A stretch of 64,000 bases of DNA from Escherichia phage FL31, in the sequence record PP400782; one strand, 5' to 3'. Below, in pieces: positions 58,934 to 64,000 of this stretch (position 1 is the stretch's first letter; the number at the start of each line of letters is the position of its first letter). Below the pieces are notes generated by a model. The model was not told the origin of the DNA. It worked only from the letters and a program-made list of their open reading frames with translations, and ran no database searches. The position numbers and the translations under genes are program-made.

Positions 58934-59593
58934 TTAACCTCGATTCATAAATGCATTAAATATTTGGTCATCAACAGAAATTTCTAATTCGACTTCAATT
59001 GCTTCAGCCTTTTCTTCAGGTGGTAATTCGTATCCACACACTACAATTTTTTCATCGATATCAAAATATACAGAAGCAATACGATTAATGTTATTTTCAG
59101 TTAAGTCCAAATCAACATCAACATCTTTTTGGCCTACACTTAGAGGATAACTAATACGGGTTATTTTATTATCTTTAACAAAGAGTCCACCAACATACTC
59201 TGTACTGCGTTTGAAGTTTACACGTTTCCGAATTGAAAGATATGATACATCTTTACCGTGAGCTCGGCTCATAGGACATAATGAATAGCTAGAATAAGAG
59301 ATGTCAAATCCTACACCTTCAATATGAGCCAACGCGTCATGATTAAACCAATTATAATCATATGCCAAATCCATTATATTGTAATATGTGAAAGGCACTG
59401 GATTAACATCATATGTTGTACCTTTAAAATCAGCCCAGGCAACGATTTCGTTATCTTTAACAATTACAAAAATTACACCAATATGGTATCCGTTATTATT
59501 TTCATTCGGCGTTATATTATAACATTGTGCATTAGGAAATTTACCATATTTAAATGGTGCGTTTTTGTGCATGTAATAAATCATATTATTCAC
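58934..59593 (-). CDS. hypothetical protein (219 aa)
   Basis: ORF track. Confidence 0.5.
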   Translation of the reverse strand: MNNMIYYMHKNAPFKYGKFPNAQCYNITPNENNNGYHIGVIFVIVKDNEIVAWADFKGTTYDVNPVPFTYYNIMDLAYDYNWFNHDALAHIEGVGFDISYSSYSLCPMSRAHGKDVSYLSIRKRVNFKRSTEYVGGLFVKDNKITRISYPLSVGQKDVDVDLDLTENNINRIASVYFDIDEKIVVCGYELPPEEKAEAIEVELEISVDDQIFNAFMNRG

Positions 59594-59879
59594 CTGTGAT
59601 TTCGGTTACGATATCTTTGTTATCGAAATTAGGGTCACAATACAAAACATAGTTGTACTGCATAATACCGCCAGACTTAAGTTGTTCAACAACTTTATTA
59701 ACCATGTTAGGACGGTCTCGTTTAGTGATGTTCATGATATCAGAGAAGATTTGTTGTTCAACCTCTTCTTGATTTGCAGTCATTGACCACTCACAGAGGT
59801 CTTTATCATAACCTGCCGTAACTGGAGCCGGTGCACATGATACTGCAAGTAAGATTGCTGCCAATGATAACTTTTTCAT
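59586..59879 (-). CDS. sp: spackle periplasmic protein Sp (superinfection exclusion / lysozyme inhibitor)
   Basis: 97 aa; signal peptide MKKLSLAAILLAVSCA then GYDKDLCEWSMTA...GGIMQYNYVLYCDPNFDNK matches T4 Sp. Confidence 0.82.
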   Translation of the reverse strand: MKKLSLAAILLAVSCAPAPVTAGYDKDLCEWSMTANQEEVEQQIFSDIMNITKRDRPNMVNKVVEQLKSGGIMQYNYVLYCDPNFDNKDIVTEITGE

Positions 59880-59899
59880 TTTAACTCCTTAGTTGATTT

Positions 59900-59938
59900 G
59901 ATAGGACTACTATACTATAGTCCATCTATAATGTAAAC
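59900..59938 (-). promoter_or_regulatory. early-type promoter (GTTTAC ... TATAGT) upstream of sp
   Basis: Minus-strand read; inverted repeat GGACTAT/ATAGTCC around -10. Confidence 0.5.
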
Positions 59939-59942
59939 AAGT

Positions 59943-60191
59943 TTATTCTTTTTCGCGAATAATAATTACTTGTTGAGGCTGCTGAGCCGATTTCTTTTCG
60001 GCAACGATAGACCAAATTAAAGTTCCAATCCAACCAACCATCGTCCAGTTAAAGAGTAAAGATACAAAGAAGATTGCTGTTGTGCTTTTTGTGCCACGAA
60101 TAAGTGCGATTACCCAAGGCAACATGTAAATGATGATTGAACCAATACCTGCGATTAAAACTGCTACTGAACTAGCTACGAATAATTCCAT
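59943..60191 (-). CDS. small integral membrane protein (82 aa)
   Basis: Two predicted TM segments (VAVLIAGIGSIIIYMLPWVIALI, IFFVSLLFNWTMVGWIGTLIWSIV). Confidence 0.5.
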   Translation of the reverse strand: MELFVASSVAVLIAGIGSIIIYMLPWVIALIRGTKSTTAIFFVSLLFNWTMVGWIGTLIWSIVAEKKSAQQPQQVIIIREKE

Positions 60192-60252
60192 GTTAATTTC
60201 CTCTTGATTTGTTATGTTTATAGTATCTTGTTTTAACTTTGGTGTAAACCAA

Positions 60253-60621
60253 TTAATTAAATTTGTTTAAACGTTCAATACACTGGACGTAGTTATTCGC
60301 GATTTGTTTCTGGGTAGGCTCTTTACCAGTTGTTTCAACATAGCGAATGAATGCGATTTCAGTGGCCTGTAGACAATGTTCTTTAACGCGTTGTTCTTTT
60401 GACAATGCTACAGTATCAGAGTCACGATAACGTTGAGCATGGGCATCAGCTTGAATCATTCGATTACCTACAGTAACCGGGTCTTCCACTTCAACTTTAG
60501 GTTGGTCATACTGTTTAACATTCGGATTGTAAATTAATTGGCCAACGTTATTAGGGATAAAGCCATGGGCACCACATCCGGTTAATCCAAATACCATTGC
60601 TAAAGCGATTAATTTTTTCAT
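60253..60621 (-). CDS. putative lipoprotein (122 aa)
   Basis: Signal peptide with lipobox MKKLIALAMVFGLTGC. Confidence 0.5.
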   Translation of the reverse strand: MKKLIALAMVFGLTGCGAHGFIPNNVGQLIYNPNVKQYDQPKVEVEDPVTVGNRMIQADAHAQRYRDSDTVALSKEQRVKEHCLQATEIAFIRYVETTGKEPTQKQIANNYVQCIERLNKFN

Positions 60622-60639
60622 TTCAATTTCCTCTGTAGT

Positions 60640-60679
60640 TGATAGAAAGATAGTAACACAGTATGTGGTGCTTGTAAAC
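60640..60679 (-). promoter_or_regulatory. early-type promoter (GTTTAC ... TACTAT)
   Basis: Minus-strand read; between dmd and lipoprotein gene. Confidence 0.45.
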
Positions 60680-60692
60680 AGTTATTTTAAAA

Positions 60693-60881
60693 TTATTGAA
60701 AACCTGCTTCGAAAACTTTCTCGTCATTAATAAATGCTTTAACTAATGCTTTGTTCACTTCAGCAAGTTGTACCGTAACCCACTCGATTTCTTCGCGATC
60801 ACCTGATAACATGATATCTTTAGTGAACATCTCACCGCTTTTAAACCAACCGATAAAAGTAACTTTAGTTAATTTGCTCAT
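60693..60881 (-). CDS. dmd: Dmd antitoxin (inhibitor of host RnlA/LsoA RNases)
   Basis: MSKLTKVTFIGWFKSGEMFTKDIM...EVNKALVKAFINDEKV matches T4 Dmd; ATG overlaps upstream stop (ATGA). Confidence 0.75.
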   Translation of the reverse strand: MSKLTKVTFIGWFKSGEMFTKDIMLSGDREEIEWVTVQLAEVNKALVKAFINDEKVFEAGFQ

Positions 60882-61195
60882 ATTTCCTCGCAAAATGCCC
60901 ATTCAGCGTGATAAACTGTAGCGCCTTTAGTATCATTCATTTGAACTACATCTACCGGAGAAATTACTCGATAGAGACGTGGTTCACCTCCATAAGAGCG
61001 TGCTGCTCGTCCTGCATAAATCTTTGCTAAACCGATATCTTCAGTAAAGAATACACGATCCAAGTTTTTCTTACGTCCAGTTTCAGACAGAACTCCTGTT
61101 TCTTCAGGAGGACAAAGCATGTTTTCGATGTTAGCTGAACTACTTGAACCGTGATAAAAAATCTTAAATTCTGCTTTACAATCGATGGTTTTCAT
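60878..61195 (-). CDS. hypothetical protein (105 aa) translationally coupled to dmd
   Basis: ORF track; contains FYHGSSS followed by Tyr/Arg-rich segment; promoter 61209-61249 upstream; no T4 counterpart recalled here. Confidence 0.5.
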   Translation of the reverse strand: MKTIDCKAEFKIFYHGSSSSANIENMLCPPEETGVLSETGRKKNLDRVFFTEDIGLAKIYAGRAARSYGGEPRLYRVISPVDVVQMNDTKGATVYHAEWAFCEEI

Positions 61196-61208
61196 TTTGT
61201 TCTCCAGT

Positions 61209-61249
61209 AGTTGATAGGTCTATAATAACACAACTACTGGAGAAGTAAA
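61209..61249 (-). promoter_or_regulatory. early-type promoter (GTTTAC ... TATTAT) for the 105-aa ORF/dmd pair
   Basis: Minus-strand read; 9-bp inverted repeat CCAGTAGTT/AACTACTGG, downstream arm overlapping the SD. Confidence 0.5.
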
Positions 61250-61250
61250 C

Positions 61251-61625
61251 TTAAAAACGTAATTTAGATACATCTGCGTTGATTTCGGTTTGGTTTGCGT
61301 CGTATGCAATTAAACGAACCGCTTTAGATGGGTCATTCAATGCATAGAAATGATGGAACATTGCTCGAACGATATCACCATTTACGAGTTCTACCTGGAT
61401 AGGAGAACCTTTTTCGAGTTGGAAATGTTCATAAGCTTTGATGGTTCGCAGATAATCAAGTTTTTGATTTCCGGCTCCAACAATTTGTACGATACGTTTG
61501 CCCATGTTTTCCATACGAGATACAATAGTTTTAGGAGCAAGAATAACGTAGGTTGCCAGCGGAGAAACTACTTCAACAGTTGTGTTTTCGGTGATTGCAG
61601 TAAAAATTGCTTGAGACATATTCAT
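61251..61625 (-). CDS. hypothetical protein (124 aa)
   Basis: ORF track; own promoter 61645-61684; no T4 counterpart recalled between dmd and 41. Confidence 0.5.
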   Translation of the reverse strand: MNMSQAIFTAITENTTVEVVSPLATYVILAPKTIVSRMENMGKRIVQIVGAGNQKLDYLRTIKAYEHFQLEKGSPIQVELVNGDIVRAMFHHFYALNDPSKAVRLIAYDANQTEINADVSKLRF

Positions 61626-61644
61626 AATGTTTTCCTCTTGGTTT

Positions 61645-61684
61645 GTGTAAGTACATCATATCATGCCTAGAGGAAGATGTAAAC
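61645..61684 (-). promoter_or_regulatory. early-type promoter (GTTTAC ... TATGAT) for the 124-aa ORF
   Basis: Minus-strand read; directly downstream of gene 41 terminator. Confidence 0.45.
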
Positions 61685-61688
61685 CCCG

Positions 61689-61710
61689 AAAGGAGACCGA
61701 AGTCTCCTTT
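61689..61710. terminator. hairpin after gene 41, potentially bidirectional
   Basis: AAAGGAGAC-loop-GUCUCCUUU; U tract follows on plus strand, UUUCGGGG on minus strand. Confidence 0.55.
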
Positions 61711-61713
61711 TTA

Positions 61714-63156
61714 TTAAAATTTTAACTCATTGGCTAAGCTATCTAGGTCAGCACGTGTTGCTTTGGCTTTACCTACGCGTTCCGTACGATTCACCTCTGC
61801 CTGACGCATCTGAGCACCTGCGTTTTCATTTACTGTGTTAGGTGTGTTCATGCCTTCTTGCTCAATCTCAACCCATTTCTGGTTGCCTTTACGTACACCC
61901 ATCAGGAATTTATTCCACTTATTCTTATCACCATATCGTGATTTGATTTGTTTGATAAGTTGTTGTTCAGCTTGTGCAAGTTCTTCGGTTTCAATTACAG
62001 CCAACATGAAATCTGCCGTTGCTGGTAAACCTGCTGATTCTGCGATATCACTCATGTTCATGTCTGAAGCATCCCATGCTGCACGTCCTACTTGAGCTGC
62101 AGTCCATAGAACTGTTTCAGATTCTACTGCTAATGCACGAAGTTCTTCTGCGATAGCTTTAACTAATGTGTAGCTATTTTCAGTGTAAACTCTGATACGA
62201 CAAGACCCACAAATACCTAAGTAATCAACCATGATTACAGATGGCACAAAGTTCTTCTTAAGTTTTAACTCATTAAGCAATGCACGAAATGTATTAGCGT
62301 TAGCTCCACCAGTAGGATACTGTTTAACTACTAAACGTCCTAATGTTGTTTTTGAACGCCATTTTTCCATCTTGGCTTTATATTCAGCATAAGATACGTT
62401 ACCATCATCGATATCATCGAGTGATACGTCAAGCATGTTTGCATCTATACGCTTAGCACAAACTTCTTCAGCCATTTCCATGGAAATATAAAGAACATTA
62501 TGACCTGTTTGAAGATAATCTGCAGCAAGTGAACAAAGGCCTAAAGATTTACCGACGTTAACACCGGCCATTAAAACGTTTAGTGTACCTGTTTCAGCAC
62601 CACCTTTAGTGATTTTATTCAAAATGTTTAATTTGAACGGGACCTTACGTGCTTTATTTAGATAAGAAAGCCAGCGTGCTTCGTAGTCTTCCATCCAGTC
62701 ATGTCCAACATAACTATCGAACGAAATTGAAAGTGCTTGACGCATAATATCAGGAATAGCTCCTACGTCAGGCATTTTCTTGTTACGTTGTTCTGGAGGT
62801 AGTTCAGCATTAGACTGAATCTCAATGATTTTGGACGTAGCATTATACATCGCTTTTTGCTGGACATATTTCTCAGTTTCTTTAACCAACCATTCGTGGT
62901 CTTCAGGAGTATCAGCCAATTTTTCAATTAGGTCTGAAGTTCCTTTATATTCGGCTTCAGTTAAAGAACTGTTATCTAAAGCCACCTTTAACGCATTGAT
63001 AGATGGCATTGCATTATATTCGTTAACGTGGCTCTTTATAATTTTAAAGACATTTTTTGCCGGTCCACGCTCAAAATACTCAGAATCCATATAAGGCCAG
63101 ACCTTAGAAAAATAAGCCTGGTCATATACTAGATGAGACAAAATAATTTCTACCAC
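61714..63156 (-). CDS. 41: replicative DNA helicase gp41 (DnaB-like)
   Basis: 480 aa; Walker A GVNVGKS, DnaB-family helicase blocks. Confidence 0.9.
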   Translation of the reverse strand: MVEIILSHLVYDQAYFSKVWPYMDSEYFERGPAKNVFKIIKSHVNEYNAMPSINALKVALDNSSLTEAEYKGTSDLIEKLADTPEDHEWLVKETEKYVQQKAMYNATSKIIEIQSNAELPPEQRNKKMPDVGAIPDIMRQALSISFDSYVGHDWMEDYEARWLSYLNKARKVPFKLNILNKITKGGAETGTLNVLMAGVNVGKSLGLCSLAADYLQTGHNVLYISMEMAEEVCAKRIDANMLDVSLDDIDDGNVSYAEYKAKMEKWRSKTTLGRLVVKQYPTGGANANTFRALLNELKLKKNFVPSVIMVDYLGICGSCRIRVYTENSYTLVKAIAEELRALAVESETVLWTAAQVGRAAWDASDMNMSDIAESAGLPATADFMLAVIETEELAQAEQQLIKQIKSRYGDKNKWNKFLMGVRKGNQKWVEIEQEGMNTPNTVNENAGAQMRQAEVNRTERVGKAKATRADLDSLANELKF

Positions 63157-63165
63157 GATAACTCC

Positions 63166-63528
63166 TTAAAAGAATTTAAATTTTTTCTTGGTCCGTTCAT
63201 TAAAAGCTTGTTGTACTTGCATTGTAACACATTTTTCAACATGTGGTGCAAGTTCTGCTTTTCTGTCCTGGTCAAGAACTGCAAAGTCCATTACGATTTT
63301 ACCATCAACCCAGTCTAGTTTTGTAATATAGACTATATGATGAGAACCATCTTCAAGCGTAATCAGAATCTCTTGAATGACATTTTCCATTGCTGAACGG
63401 ACAATTTTAAGAGATTCATTAAACACTCGTTCTTTGCGAATGTCTTCCCCTTCCGAAGAAGGGGATTCATCAACGATTTCTAGATTTAAATCATCGAGAT
63501 TATTCATCGAAATCTTCCATTTCGTCAA
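63166..63528 (-). CDS. 40: hypothetical protein (120 aa), gene 40 position
   Basis: Position between 41 and uvsX as T4 gene 40; no independent motif. Confidence 0.4.
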   Translation of the reverse strand: MTKWKISMNNLDDLNLEIVDESPSSEGEDIRKERVFNESLKIVRSAMENVIQEILITLEDGSHHIVYITKLDWVDGKIVMDFAVLDQDRKAELAPHVEKCVTMQVQQAFNERTKKKFKFF

Positions 63529-64000
63529 GGTCGTTTTCTATATCTGCTGCAGACGGAGCATCAGAAGTTTTAACCGGAACTTTAGTTGTTGCTTTGCAAT
63601 TAATAAGGTCGTTAACAGCGTCATCAACTTCTTTAATAGAAGAGATAGCACCTAGTTTATATTTAGTTTCAATTGCATCTCGGAAAGGTTTGTGTTTAAA
63701 CAACGGTCCCCAGAATTCTACACAATCAGTAGCTTTAGCACGCCATGATTTTTCTTCACGAATCATTTCGCCTGTTTCTTCGTCAAGGAATTCACGAGCA
63801 TACCACCCGGCTTTAGGCTTAACTACAAAACCAATTTCAGTTGCCATTTCTAACAAGCCACTGAATGGGTCAATACCGCCATCAAAATTAACCGTGATCG
63901 GGAAAGTAGATTTCTCTTTAACTGTACGAGATTTTTCTGCTTTCAACGTGAAGTCATAACCGGTCAATTCAGTGCCATCTTTAACCTGACGTTTAGAGAT
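63500..64000 (-). CDS. uvsX: UvsX recombinase, C-terminal part (gene continues beyond window end)
   Basis: Frame open to window edge; acidic C-terminus ...DIENDLDEMEDFDE and position next to 40/41. Confidence 0.65.
   Translation of the reverse strand: MSKRQVKDGTELTGYDFTLKAEKSRTVKEKSTFPITVNFDGGIDPFSGLLEMATEIGFVVKPKAGWYAREFLDEETGEMIREEKSWRAKATDCVEFWGPLFKHKPFRDAIETKYKLGAISSIKEVDDAVNDLINCKATTKVPVKTSDAPSAADIENDLDEMEDFDE

Overview
The window is a contiguous segment of a T4-like (T-even) myovirus genome, collinear with the T4 map. Minus-strand block 1: DNA ligase (30, N-terminal fragment), rIII, 31, cd, pseT, spanin pair, alc, RNA ligase 63, denA, nrdB (interrupted by a group I intron carrying an intact I-TevIII-like HNH endonuclease), nrdA, td (no intron), frd, 32, 59, 33, dsbA, rnh. 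Plus-strand block: long tail fibre genes 34-35-36-37, a T2-type gp38 adhesin, and holin t, each preceded by TATAAATA late promoters. Minus-strand block 2: asiA, motA, 52, ndd, denB, rIIB, rIIA, fused topoisomerase gene 39, dexA, dda, srd, two Mod-type ADP-ribosyltransferases, soc, 56, primase 61, spackle, dmd, helicase 41, 40 and the 3' end of uvsX. All calls rest on reading the six-frame translations against remembered T4 protein sequences and motifs; no database search was run. Candidate novelties sit in the hypervariable gaps: an AroG-type DAHP synthase coupled to cd, a GT-B glycosyltransferase between rIIA.1 and 39, extra genes flanking the dmd antitoxin, a NADAR-like gene near ligase, a tandem triplet of paralogues, and a recurring dyad-symmetric early-promoter cassette. 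None of these is proven to be a new system.
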